The notes below the pieces were generated by a model. It saw only the letters and a list, made by a program, of their open reading frames with translations, did no database searches and was not told where the DNA came from. DNA of 64,000 nucleotides, taken from NCBI RefSeq assembly GCF_009914755.1, contig NC_060945.1. One strand, written 5' to 3'. The translations under genes were made by a program, and so were the position numbers. This stretch comes from the human T2T-CHM13v2.0 reference genome, Homo sapiens. This document shows, one piece after another, positions 14,001-32,211 of the stretch (position 1 is its first letter; each line of letters begins with the position of its first letter).

Positions 14001-15056
14001 AGCTACCCCTACTTGCTTTTGTTGTTCTTTTGCATGAAATGCCTTTTTCACCTCTTTAATTTAAGTTTATGTGAGTCCTTATGTGTCAGGTGAGTCTCTG
14101 GAAGGCAGCAGATGGCTGGTGAGTTCTTATCCATTCTGCAGTTCTGTATCTTTTAAGTGGAGCACTTAGGCCATTTACACTCAATGTTAGTATTGAGATG
14201 TGAGGTACCATTGCTTTCATCTTGCTATTTGTTGCCTTTGTACCTTGTTTTTTGTTTTCACTTTTCCACTTGTATTTTTGTTTTATAGGTCCTGTGTGAT
14301 TTATGCTTTAAAGAGGTTCTATTTAATGTGTTTCCAGGATTCATTTCAAGATTTAGAGCTACTTTTAGCAGTTCTTGTAGTGGTGGCTTGGAAGTGGCAA
14401 ATTCTCTCAGCATTTGTTTGTTTGAAAAAGACTGTATCTTTCCTTCATATATGATGCTTAGTTTTGCTGGATACAAGATTCTTGGCTGATAATTGTTTTG
14501 TTTGAGGAGGCTGAAGATAGGGCCCCAATCCCTTCTAGCTTTTAGGGTTTCTGCTGAGAAATCTGCTGTTAATCTGATAGGTTTTCCTTTATAGGTTACC
14601 TGGTGCTTCTGTCTCACAGCTCTTAAGATTCTTTCCTTTGTCTTAACTTTAGATAACCCGATGACAATGGGCCTAGGTGGTGATCTTTTTGTGATGAAGT
14701 TCCCAAGTGTTCTTTGTGCTTCTTGTATTTCGATGTCTAGATCTCTAGCAAGGCTGGGGAAGTTTTCCCTGATTATTCTGCAAAATATGTTTTCTAAACT
14801 TTTAGATTTCTTGTCTTCCTTAGGAACAGCAACTATTCTTAGGTTTAGTTGTTTAACATAATCCCAAACTTCCTGGAGGCTTTGTTCATATTTTCTTATT
14901 CTTTGTTCGTTGGATTTGGTTAATTCAAAGACCTTATTTTCGAGCTCTGAAGTTCAGAGCATTTTGCATTTCTATAAGTGTATCCAATGTTTTCTGAATT
15001 TTTTATTGTTTTTTCTTTATGCTATCTAGTTCCTTGGATATGTCTCCCTTCACTTC

Positions 15057-15469
15057 GTTCACTCGCGTCTGTGTGAAGAGACCACCAAACAGGCTTTGTG
15101 TGAGCAACAAGGCTGTTTATTGCACCTGGGTGCAGGCAGGCTGAGTCTGAAAAGAGAGTCAGCGAAGGGAGATAGGGGTAGGGCCATTTTATAAGATTTG
15201 GGTAGATAAAGGAAAATTACAGTCAAAGGGGGGTTGTTCTCTGGCGGGCAGGAGTGGGGGTCACAAGGTGCTCAGTGGGGGAGCTTTTGAGTCAGATGAG
15301 CCAGGAGAAGGAATTTCACAAGATAATGCCATCAGTTAAGGCAGGAACAGGCCATTTTCACTTCTTTTGTGGTGGAATGTCATCAGTTAAGGCAGGAACC
15401 GGCCATCTGGATGTGTACGTGCAGGTCAAAGGGGATATGATGGCTTAGCTTGGGCTCAGAGGCCTGACA
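15057..15469 (-). mobile_element. LTR7 (HERV-H) solo LTR inside L1 ORF1
   Basis: Reverse complement begins TGTCAGGCCTCTGAGCCCAAGCTAAGCCATCATATCCCC and ends GGTCTCTTCACACAGACGCGAGTGAAC; 5-bp TSD ACTTC at 15052-15056 and 15470-15474. Confidence 0.93.
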
Positions 15470-17407
15470 ACTTCTTTTATCAGTTTTTGGATTTCCTTGC
15501 ATTGGTCTTTCCCTTTCTCTGGTGCCTCCCTGATTAGCTTAATAACTGATCTCCTGAATTCTTTTTCATGTAAATCAGGGATTTCTTCTTGGTTGGGATC
15601 CATTGCTGGTAAACTAATGTGATTTTTTAGGGGTGTTAAAGAGCCTTGTTTTGTCATATTACCAGAGTTGATTTTCTGGTTTCTTCTCTTTTGGGTAGCC
15701 TCTGTCAGAGGGAAGATCTAGGGCTGAAGGCTGTTGTTCAGATTCTTTTGTCCCACAAGGTGTTCCCTCGATGTAGTACTCTCCGCCTTTTCCTATGCAT
15801 GTGGCTTCCTGTGAGCCAATCTGCAATGATTGCTGTCTTTCTTTTGTGTCTAGCCAGCCAGTGAGTCTACAGGGCTCCAGTCTGGTACAGGGGGTTGTCT
15901 GCACAGAGTCCTGCGATGTGAACTGTTTATGGGTCTCTCAGCCGTGGATCCCAGCACCTGTTTCCAGTGGAGGTGGCAGGGGTGTGAAATGGACTCTGTG
16001 AGGGTTCTTAGCCTTGGTGGTTTAATGGTCTATTTTTGTGCTGGTTGGCCTCCTGCCAGGAGGTGGCGCTTTCCAGAGAGCATCAGCTGTGGTAGTGTGG
16101 AGAGGAACCGGCAGTGGGTGCGGCCCCAGAACTCCCAAGATTATATCTCCTTTGTCTTCTGCTACCAGGGTGGGTAGGGAAGGGCCATCAGGTTGGGGTG
16201 GGGCTAGGGGGTGTCTGAGTTCAGACTCTCTTTGTGTGGGTCTTGCTGCAGCTGCTGTGGGGGATGGGCATGACATTCCCAAGTCAATGGGGTTGTGTAC
16301 CTAGGAGGATTATGGCTGCCTCTGCTGAGTCATGCAGGTTGTCAGGGAAGTCGGGGAAGCTGGCAGTCACAGGCCTCACCCACCTCCCATGCAAACTGAA
16401 GGGTCAGTCTCACTCCCACCATTGCCCCCCAAACAGCCTTGAGTCTGTTTCCAGGTGGTGGGTAAGCTGAGCTTGAGAACTTGCCCCAGGCTACCCACCT
16501 CCCAGCTGGGAACGAAAAGGGCTTGGTTCTTCCCCCACCTGTGGGAGTGTGCGCACGGGATTCATGCCCTCCCCCCAGTTCTGGCCAGGAGGCTTCTCAC
16601 ATGGTTCCAATTGTTAAAAAATTCAGCTGGAGATTTCCTTCTCCCTGTGGTGTTTTTCCCCCGCTCCTCTGGCTGCCTTCCTGATGGATCTCTGTGGTCC
16701 CAGGCAGGAATGGCCTGCTTGGGGACCCAGCGAGCTCCCAAGGCCTTTCCTGCTGCTTCCTCTATCCCTGTGTTTTGCTTGGCTCTCTAAATTGACTCAG
16801 CTCCAGGTAAGGTTGGAAACTTCTCCCACAAACAGACCTTCAGTTTCTCCAGTGGGGGTGTGTGTTTGGGAGAGGAGGGTCTCCCTTTCCCACTTTTGCA
16901 GTTGGGGCACTCACAGTATTTGAGGCATCTCCCAGGTCCTGCAGGAGCAGTCGGCTTCCTTCAGAGGGGCTGTGGGTCCTCTCGGTATTTCTGGTTTGTT
17001 CTTGTAGTCGATCTGGGGCTAAAATTCACAGTGCCAGCCTCAGCATGCTGCTCTGTCGGAGTCAAAGCTACAGCCTAGTCCTGCCTCCCTTCTGCCATGA
17101 GCTCCTCATTTTCTCAGTAGATGCAATTTCGAACAGCAATAACAACATTGTAGTTTTTTACAACAAGCATAAATGATTGTACTTTTGGGCAGCGGAATTT
17201 TATGTAAAATGAGGAAATGGGTGGTTTCCAGCCTGCTTGCCTCTTGGTGGTGACTCGCAGCTTTCAGCATTTAGAATCTCTTGCTACTCATTGCTTTCAG
17301 GATGCCACAGATTCTCTTTTGTCTGGAGAAATGTATGTGATAACCTGGCACTCACGCCTTGGTGTCTAGGTAGGTATATTAACCTACCAAGGATGTATGC
17401 ATTTTAG

Positions 17408-18264
<857 letters not shown>

Positions 18265-18593
18265 TAAACAACTGCACAGGCAGGCAGTTGTTTTTGTATT
18301 CCTCGAATCATGCCTCACTGTGGTCATTACTAGCACAATGCTTTGAATATGAGAAGTGTTTAAATAATATATATTAAACGGATCAATGAGTAACTAACTG
18401 GAGATTAACCTAATATGAAAGTTAGTATTGAGGCTTTAAAGTAAAAAATAAATTTTAGCCTTGTGATCATATTTCTCCATAATATTGAAAGCCTTTATTG
18501 GGACTCGAATGGTTTCCTGTTTATCATCAAGTAATGATGGAGGTTTGCTCTTAATTCTGTATTGAGTAAATACATGTCCCATATAAAATTTTT

Positions 18594-18609
18594 TGCTGCC
18601 CTCTGGTGG
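18594..18609 (-). promoter_or_regulatory. Candidate CTCF site
   Basis: Reverse complement CCACCAGAGGGCAGCA matches the CTCF core consensus and lies in AT-rich, apparently non-repeat DNA. Confidence 0.55.
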
Positions 18610-19212
18610 ATATAGTTCAATAAATAAACATTATACAATTATATATCAAATTCCATATATTAAGCAGTTTCTCATTTGTGTATGTTCCCAAAGTTGCTTT
18701 CTCAGTTTAGAAATTGGAATGCATTTTTCACATCAGAAGAGAGGTTAGTATCTCAGATCTGCTTGTAAATCCCTATTATAATAAATGGTACTTAAAATAT
18801 GGCACAAAAAATAGTGTAGAGCCTAACAAGTAGGTAGTTGCAATGATTTCATGAGGAAATCCATTGAAAGTGATCACTTGGGAACACAGTTAGCCATCTT
18901 CCCTGCTGTGGCCTTGATTACTGAGGAAGGCGAAGTGGAATTTCCTGGATCCCATCCCTGGGGGTGCTTCTATGGCCTGCCATGGGGTGTGTGTATTGGG
19001 AGGTGGGGGTGGGAGGATGGTGAAGGACAGAATCGAAAGCTTTCCAGGAATGGGGTGAGGCTTGGGGGTGTAGTGAAAGGGAATGAGGCAGAGCATAGCC
19101 CGGAGGAACAGAAGTAGCTGAGTTCTAAAGAAATGAAAGATCTGGAAATAAAATACATATGGGACTGAAGGGACAAGAGTGACACTAAAGACAGGCAGAG
19201 AGGAGTGAAGAA

Positions 19213-19938
<726 letters not shown>

Positions 19939-20071
19939 GGTAAGGACATCTCTTCAGTAACAAAAGAAGGTTTTCTTTCTTTTTTAAAAAATAGTTTCAC
20001 TACCTGTGCTAGATTGGTGTTCTAGTTCATTTATTCATTAAATAAAAAATATTATTTTTTGATTCTCTACT

Positions 20072-20530
20072 TGTTAGGAGATAATTTTCCATGGGTTTCT
20101 TATGTTTCTGCATACCTTATAAGAAAGACACAGATTACCCTTTGTCCCAGAAAATCTTTTCAGTGATGTTCATACAGTGAATGGCCTTGGAAGCTAGGGA
20201 TTGGGTCTCCCTTTGGAGCAAAGGGCAGACATGCTTGCTGCCCATTATAAAATTTTTGCATCCCCTAAACTCAGCATTCCTCTCCTGTATCACAACCCAC
20301 TATGTATTCAGGTATCTTTCGGTTCTTTTGTGTCACCCTGTAGACTTGGGCCTCGAGATACTGTCCCCAAAATGCCAAAATCCTGGCTGTTGCTATTGTT
20401 GTGATTAATAAGCTGTTCTTCTTCTCTGACCCTGAGTCTCCTGTCTTCTACTGGCATCAATGAAACTGTAGCAGGCAAACTTATTGGCTTGTGAGTAGGG
20501 CAAAATTCAGTCCCTTCCCAGTTCTTTACA
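20072..20530 (+). mobile_element. LTR40-like (ERVL) solo LTR
   Basis: TG...CA termini; TGTTAGGAGATAATTTTCCATGGGTTTC start and CCTTGGAAG...CTCCCTTTGGAGCAAAGGGCAG core. Confidence 0.75.
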
Positions 20531-20847
20531 GTATTATGTGTCAGGCAGTGAGCAAGGAACTGAAATGCAGGGGTGAGTACGGCAAAAAGATCCTTGTGGA
20601 GCTCAATATGTCTTGTAGGATTATAAACAAAAAGCATTAAAAATAAATGATGAATATTTAAAATTTATATTAGGATAAGAATTAAGAAAGAGTAGAACAG
20701 TGGTGCGATAGAGTAATGGAGCTGTCTAGAGGGAAATCTGCATGAGTTGTTGGGGAAGGTCTCTCTGGTAGGTGGTTAAGCCAGGAGAAAGAAGTTACGG
20801 CTGAAGAGTGAAGAGAGGGAGTATGTAAAAATACCATAAAGGAGGCC

Positions 20848-20978
20848 AGCCAGGTGCGAAGGCTCTCGCCTGTAATCCCAGCACTTTGGGAGGCCAAAGG
20901 CAGGAGGATGGCTTGAGCCCAGGTGTTACAGACCAGCCTGGGTAACATAGTGAGACCCTCTCTCTACAAAAAAAAAAA
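20848..20978 (+). mobile_element. FLAM / free left Alu monomer
   Basis: Single Alu monomer ending directly in A12. Confidence 0.8.
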
Positions 20979-21768
20979 GGAGTCATGAAGTAGCATTTTT
21001 TGGTTGATTAATAAAGGGGATTTTTTTTTATGGGAAAAGATATGTTTTCTTCCATTTTCCTCTTTTCATTAAGGTAAATACGTGGGAGGGGAGGTTTCCA
21101 GACAGTGTGATAGAAATGGCAGGAGATTGCACTTTTCCTGCATTGGAATCACATGAAATTCCAAATATTGTATAAAGACTTGTGATTTGAGGAAATCCCT
21201 GGAAATAACACTTGGGGGCTGAATAAGAGTAGTATTAGTACAGACGGTGGAAGGCAGCGAGGAGGACAGAAAACGTGGCTGTAGTGAGAGGAATGAAATG
21301 ACTGTCTTTGTACCCTCCCTGAGCAGTGCTCCCAAGGTGAGAGCTGATGAACTGGGGATGGATTGCCTGGAGTTTTAATGTTTTCTGTCAACGTTAGGTA
21401 GCAAAATCCACGGAGTATGATTCCAACAAACAATTGAGAGTTAGAGTGAAGTGAAGCTACCTAAAGGACAGAGAAAAAGGGTTTGGAAACTCAGTTCCTG
21501 ACTCTTGATTGCTCTATGACCTCTCTGATATCTTTATTAGGTATGGCACTTTCTTATAAGAGGTTGCTGTAACTACCCTACTGAAGATCTGAGATGGGAA
21601 AGCAAAGGCAGAACAGCAAACTATAAAAGTCCCCTTCTTACATCTTCCACCAATGTGGCGTTTGAATACTTCTGTGAATTTTTAGAAATATGGGTTAGAA
21701 GTTACACTCAAGGCAATTTAAAAGTAATATTTTTTACACTTCCTAGAAGTTACAGTCTAGTCAATTTA

Positions 21769-22131
<363 letters not shown>

Positions 22132-23011
22132 TCAATATCTTTATTGACATAAATGGATATTGTATAACGTCTGTTCTAGATGCAATCTGTAAGTTGGTTT
22201 TATTTGCTTTTTTCTTTTAGTACCAGGTATTAGATAACCTAAAGGTATGCACAAAGTTTTGTCCTTGGATAATAAAGTGCTGGCTGCTGGGTTTATCGGT
22301 TTTCACTGTAAAATGCCAAAAAAAAAAACAATCTAGAAAACATCCAAATTATTTTACTGTGAAATTTTGTTAAAATGAATATATTGCTGTAATCACATAC
22401 CCTTACATTTTACCAAGCACTTAACGTAGTCCTATAAGAATGCCCAAAACTAGTTGTTGATATACTGGTTTTTTTTTTGCAGATGAAAAAGCAGGCTCAG
22501 AGTGGTGGCGTGAGCTGCTTCAAGTCACATAGTAACTAGCCAATGTCTTAAATGAGCCCTTGGAGCATCTACACGGTGTTCTGTGATCAAAGGCCTCAGG
22601 GAGTTTTTACAGATTTCCTTTCTGTTGCTTCCCTTTTTGTTTATGAGACTATCCTTGCTGCACGCCTCCGTTCTCAGTGTCAGTTTTTTTGCTGGCCCAG
22701 GCTTCTTCTATTCATAGCCAGAATGGAAGTCCCAGCACCAGTTCCTGCCCTGTGTGTAAAGCAGGGTCGTTTCTTGTCTGAATAAAATTTGCTGGTGGTT
22801 TTGCATATCTTAAAGTTTTGGAAAATGTATCCAAAGAGAATGCTCTTTTTTTTGAGATCGGGCCATCAGAAACACTGATCCCAGCATCATTTAATTTAAC
22901 ATCCTATTGGAGAGAAGAATAAAACACATCCATTCATATTCAAGGAAATCAGACCTAAATGTATCTACTTCTTAAAAAAATTCGAAGATATTGTCTTTAA
23001 AATAATAACCC

Positions 23012-23312
23012 GGCTGGGCACAGTGGCTCATGCCTCTGATCCCAGCACTTTGGGAGGTCGAGGTGGGCGGATCACGAGGTCAGGAGATCGAGCCCATCCT
23101 GGCTAACACCGTGAAATCCTGTCTCTACTAAAAGTACAAAAAATTAGCCAGGCGTGGTGGCGGGTGCCTGTAGTCCCAGCTACTCAGGAGGCTGAGGCAG
23201 GAGAATGGCGTGAACCCGGCAGGCGGAGCTTGCAGTGAGCCGAGATGGTGCCACTGCGCTCCAGCCTGGGCGACAGAGCAAGACTCCGTCTGAAAACAAA
23301 CAAACAAAGAAA
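23012..23312 (+). mobile_element. AluY-like SINE
   Basis: GATCGAG...CATCCTGGCTAACAC and GAATGGCGTGAACCC; (AAAC)n tail; TSD AATAACCC. Confidence 0.93.
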
Positions 23313-23444
23313 CCAATAACCCTCAGGAATATTAAAAACCATCTCAACTTGCTGAGGAACCTAGAATAAGATATGTGTAGGGCTGAGAATATGAGCGATG
23401 AAAAAAAATTTCTTGACATAGTCAAATGGTGAAAACACTTATTT

Positions 23445-25860
<2,416 letters not shown>

Positions 25861-26357
25861 GAAACCACTTATTTTAAAATAAAACAATATGATAAGCATT
25901 ATATTAAATCGACAATTAATATAATATGTTAAAAAATAATTAAAAGCATTATTTAAAATAGAATAATAAACTATTTCCTCCATAAGGTCAATTAGGTATT
26001 CTGCCTTCATTGCCTTAAGGAAGGGACAATACAGACAAATCTGATCACAAAAGTTAAATTCTTGGTTAATCTATTTCTACTTCTAGAATTTAGCAGTAAA
26101 TGATAGATTTTGAAGATGAGATAAAGAGTTGTTTTTCCTGCTTCTGATTTACTGAACCTAGGAAGAAAGAAAGTGAGAAGGTGAACAAGAGGCTAGATAT
26201 GGTGTTACTAAAAATTGGAGGCTGACACTTGATTTCTCTCCTTTGTTGACTGCCACTGCCATCTTAAAGGAAGACAGCAACCTCAGATACGTTGGAGTCT
26301 CAGATAATTAATTGAAGGGAACTATGCTGCTGTTTGCTGAACTTAATTTGTCCCATT

Positions 26358-26967
<610 letters not shown>

Positions 26968-27298
26968 TTAGGGTTCCTGCTTGTCTCTTTGTACTCTGAG
27001 GAGGAGTAGAACAATTTCTCATGTATCTAAGAGCAGCACAGAGTGGGAAAGTATCTCAGACAATATTGATAATTGACCTGAAGCCTCAGAGTGGTATGGG
27101 AGAGCAGATCAGTTTTTGCGAGCTCCTTGAAATGGGCATAGCAGTGATTCAATATGACCAAGTTTGAAGATTCCTGAGGTTGAGGCCAAATGATGTGTCA
27201 GCAACCTGTGTGGTTTAGGGTTAGGATTTGGATAAAGCAAGTGAGTCACGAACCCTGGGTGCAACATTTAATGGTGTGCCAAAAAACTCAGTATTTTA

Positions 27299-27910
<612 letters not shown>

Positions 27911-28719
27911 AAAACTCAATATTTTAATGCCATATTTGAAATATCAAAATTAAGCAAAAGTACATTATGAATAAAATATTAATATATTAAGTAAAGCCAG
28001 TATCGATATCAGTGAGTTTTTCTTCTGCCTCAGGCTGTGATGGACTACAAGGGGTACTGTTACTGATCCTGCTTCACTTCTTGTTGATCCTGCTTCACTC
28101 CTCTCATCCTGGTCTAGGGGAGGGAGTCGGCTGGATCAGGGGTGGGAGGCAGGGTGCCTTGAATAGCTTGCAACTTAGTTCCTGAATGGGAGTTTGAAAT
28201 GGACAGACAATGTATTGAATTTCAGAAAAATAAAGCTGTAATTCTTGCACATGTGACTTGTAGGCTCAGATTTGAACTTCCTGCACATGAGTTTGGCTGC
28301 AAGTTATTCTTGTATCTATAATGAAATAATTTATAAACATTGTTTTTTATCTTCATGTGGGATTAAATATTTCGTTACTTGTTGGTAACAGCTGTAGTCA
28401 GGTATGACTTATAGAAATCATGTTGCCATTTTCTTAGATGGTTTCAAATCTGTAGGGATATCTGTATGTATGTATATATATCTCTGTCTATATATATTCT
28501 GAACTTCATTACAGTGTGCCATCTTTTCTAGTGCTAATATTAGAGTCATTGGTATATAGTTCTCAAGATCCTTCCAGTGATTTATCAAAAATAACAGAAA
28601 AATATTTTGACCAACAATTTCAATAAATTCACCCTTGACTTATTTTCTAATATCTTGGTTAATGTCAGCTTTCATCTCATCTCCTAGTCTCTGCCATTTC
28701 CAATAAAAATAAAACAAAA

Positions 28720-28942
28720 ATAGCTGACATTTTATCAGTCTGACTATGCACCAGAAACTTTGGAAATTGCATTACATGCATTATCTTATTTACTATGACA
28801 GCTCTGTAAGAGATGGACGATTAAAATGTCTATTTACAGATGAAGAAACTATACCTTAAGATAGTCACGGGACTGGCAAATGGCAAACTCAAACCCTTGT
28901 CTGCCTGGTTCCAAAGCTTGTTCATATACTCACTGTGCCAAA
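28720..28942 (-). mobile_element. MIR SINE
   Basis: ATTTACAGATGAAGAAACT core and CTCAAACCC...TCTGCCTGGTTCCAAAGC. Confidence 0.7.
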
Positions 28943-29490
28943 CCACCAAATCCAATGTTCTTATACCTCAAGATGAGGTCCACTGATCCCCTTACCCCAA
29001 GTGGCAACGGTGTTTTCCTTTTTCTTAGAGCTAGAATATCGTGTAGCATCTCCAGTTTACAGGGGCTGTATTATCTCTTTTTATTCCTAGAACATAATGA
29101 TTGATGAAGTATTAAGACTATGTTTCCTTATGAAAAATAACTGCGAAAATAATGTCAACAGATAGTACTGGTGATGGAATTGAATAGAAAATTTAGCACA
29201 AGATGGAAAATTTATAAAACAAATGACAGACCATGTTGATATTTGTGAATTGGATCAGTATTGTTTTATTTACAAATGACAGAAAACCTTCTCAAGCAAG
29301 ATCGTGGGAGCTGGGCTGGTGGCTTTGTGAGGGTGGACTGGGATCTGGATTTGGAATGGAAGGAAGCACTCACGATGTGGGGATGTGAAGGCCACCTGAG
29401 CCAAGACCAGAACAGGGAATAGGGTAAAGGTTAGGGTTTTAGGGCAAGAGTGAGACTGCAGAAAGAAAACAAGACAGCGGTACAGTAATG

Positions 29491-29760
29491 GAGGTCAGTC
29501 CATTCAGGCTGCTGTAACAAAACACCAGAAACCAGGGGGTTTACAAAAGCTTGCATTTATTTCTCATGGTTCTGGAGACGGGAGAGTTCAAGATCAAGGT
29601 GCCAGCTGTGTTTGGTGAGGGCCCGCTTCTTTACTGATGGTATCTCTTCACCCTCCTCTCACATGGCAGAAGAGTAATGGGTCTCTCTAGGGCCTCTTTT
29701 ATAAGGGCACTAATCCCAAACATGGGGGCTTCACTTCCATGGTCTAATCGCTTCTCAAAT
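29491..29760 (-). mobile_element. MLT1A-like LTR, truncated
   Basis: AGTCCATTCAGGCTGCTGTAACAAAACACC...TTTATTTCTCATGGTTCTGGAG...AAGATCAAGGTGCCAGC...TATAAGGGCACTAATCCC. Confidence 0.8.
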
Positions 29761-29764
29761 GCTT

Positions 29765-30040
29765 GAGTCACCAGAAACACCAAGGCATGATTAGAGGTCT
29801 GGAACTTTCACCCTAACACTCAACCTATAGGAAGAGGGGCTGAACTTGAGTTCAGTCACCAATGGTCAGTGATTTAATCAATCATGCCTACATAGTGAAA
29901 CCTTCATAACAGACCCTAAACAATGGTATTAGAAGAACTTTCTGGCTGGTGTACACATTGAGGTGCTGGGACGGAGACTGGCCTGGAGGAAGCATGGAAA
30001 CTCTGTGCTCCTCAGCCCTCTATACCTCACCCTATGCATA
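29765..30040 (+). mobile_element. MER21-family LTR fragment
   Basis: GTCACCAGAAACACCAAGGCATGATTAGAGG...GATTTAATCAATCATGCCTACATAGTGAAACC. Confidence 0.75.
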
Positions 30041-31689
30041 GGGCAAATAGACGTATCACAATATTACAGATGTGCAGAGTGGTTTCTGATTCCAGGTTGG
30101 AGCCTGACTTACACACTGTGCTGCTCATCTTTGATCTTCATAGGCCTATAATCTAATACTACTTTAGTAATACATATATGGGACCACAAGAACACTTAGC
30201 ACAACCATTCTCTTTAAGTGCCATATTTTGGAGAGCTTCAATTCCAAAGCAAAAGATGTCTATCAAATTTTACAGTTAAAAAAAAAAAGAATGAGGTTTT
30301 GGTAAAGGCAGGAAGATAAATCGAGAATACACATGTGGGAGGGGTTGAAAGTAGGTGTAAGACAAGTGGCCTGCACATTTTGGCGTGAGGAGGGGAAGGA
30401 ACTGGTAGAGATGGTGGGTGGGTCATTGACTGAATGGCCTAGTGGTGGCATCTTCAGGTGAGGCACATATATGAGGAGGAGAGGAGAGTTCTTCCTAAGG
30501 GGCAAGTAAAGAGAAGGTGAATAAAAGGAAGGCTGCTATTCGAGAATGGTGCAGTGGAGAGGAAACAGGAAAAAAAATTGAGGAAGATTTCTCCCATTTA
30601 ATGAAGTACTTCAGTATGTCTAATTGGAAGTATACATTATTAGTGGAAGTCTTTGAAATGAATTCCTCAGCAAAGCCTAAGGTAGTTTAAGAATTTAATC
30701 TCTGTTTTTCCTCTTTCACTCATGGATATGCTTATGTATTATTATCAAGTGGACCAGTTGATTCTCTAGTTGGTTTTGTTGTGACATAAAATGTCTGTTT
30801 AAGTGATCTTTTTACGTGGTAAATATGGTACTTTATAGATTTTTGAAATCTCAACTTTTTCTGTCCTGATATTTGCCTTCATCCTTTTTCCCTTTCCTCT
30901 CTTCAAGAAGCTGTGCTGTTTGTGGTCATTTCCTATAGAGGAATGTGGAGCATGAAGGTTTGGTGAAAACATATATGTTTCCATTCTTTCTCAGGCTTTT
31001 CTTTTCCAGAATGCTAAGCCTCAAAGAGAATAAAAAGCCAGAGCTGAGGTTTTGAGGAGGTTAAAGCTTTTCCAGGCAGAGAGAAAAATTCAGATGAATT
31101 TGTGAAATTTGTGAGTAAAGTGATCTGTGCCTTGCTCCCTAGGAATAACACTGGAGAGATGAGAAGATCCCATCTGCCTCTGTCGCCTGGATGAATCTTG
31201 ACTTACCCGCTGTGCTGCCTGTCTTTGAGCTTATAAGCCTATAACCTAACAATGCTTCAGTCATTAGAGATATACATTCCGGTATATAGGACTATTAAGA
31301 ACGCTTAACCATTCTCCTTAAGTGTCATATTTGGCAATAAATGACCGCATGGCATGTCTAGGTACCTGGTACACCTTAGACAATCATACAGATGTTCTGT
31401 ACCCCCAGCATGGTATGAATGTAGAGTGAGTCTTAATCGCCAGTAGTCTCCCAGAAGCAGCAGAGATTGTGTTGGACCTGAAGGAGCCATGCAGACAGGG
31501 ATGAGGCATGTCTCCTTCAGAGGAGGCAATGGGTATACCAGTGTGTGTCCCCAGGCTCAGATTACACACAGAGCCAGATGGTCTCCTTCTGATGCTTGGA
31601 TACCGCAAATAGCCCCAGAACTTAAATGCAACCTCAGAGGAAAGTGGCAAGGGAGCCCAGATTAACCGAGATTAAGAAAAAGAACCTTA

Positions 31690-32210
31690 TTTTTTTCCAG
31701 TTTATATCCAGATTGTCTCCAAGTCATTTATTACAAATTCATCTTTTTTTCAACTGATTGAAAACAACATCACATGATATACTAAAAATTATTTTATATA
31801 TTTAGGTCTATATTTGGGCTTTCTTTTCTATCCCAGTGAATTATTTATCTATTTTTGAACAGGCACTGTATTTTCTTAATGTTGTAGCTTTATAATATAT
31901 TTTATGACTTGTAGAGCTACTTCCTCCTTGTTACTGTTTTTTTTTTAGATTTTTTAAAATTATTTTTGCTCATATTTTTATAGAAACTTTAAGATTAGCT
32001 TCAGTAGTTCAAATTATTGCTAGTATTTTTACTAGAATCAATTTAAAGTTATGAATTAATGGAGGTTTCCAGCTTTATCATGTTGATTTTTCCTATTCAG
32101 AAACATGGTATGCTTTTTTTATTCGTTCATACCTATTTTTGTTGTTGTTGTTCATTACTAGTGTTACATAGTTTCTTCACATACATTTTGCACATTTCTT
32201 ATTAGGTTTC
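31690..32210 (-). mobile_element. Ancient L1M ORF2 fragment
   Basis: T-rich decayed ORF2 pattern (GCACTGTATTTTCTTAATGTTGTAGCTTTATAATA...TTCCTATTCAGAAACATGGTATG). Confidence 0.55.
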
Positions 32211-32211
32211 C

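Larger units (their letters stand above)
9912..17114 (-). mobile_element. Full-length decayed L1PB1-like LINE-1 (L1PBa-type 5' UTR)
   Basis: L1PB-type 3' UTR; ORF2 pieces (EN 13468-14051, RT 12161-12553, C-terminus 10126-11817); ORF1 pieces 14258-15657; GC-rich 5' UTR; 16-bp TSD CAGTAGATGCAATTTC at 9896-9911 and 17115-17130. Confidence 0.93.

Noticed and set aside
17236-17252. CTCF-like CCACCAAGAGGCAAGC on the minus strand
   Set aside because: Mismatch at the near-invariant AG of the core
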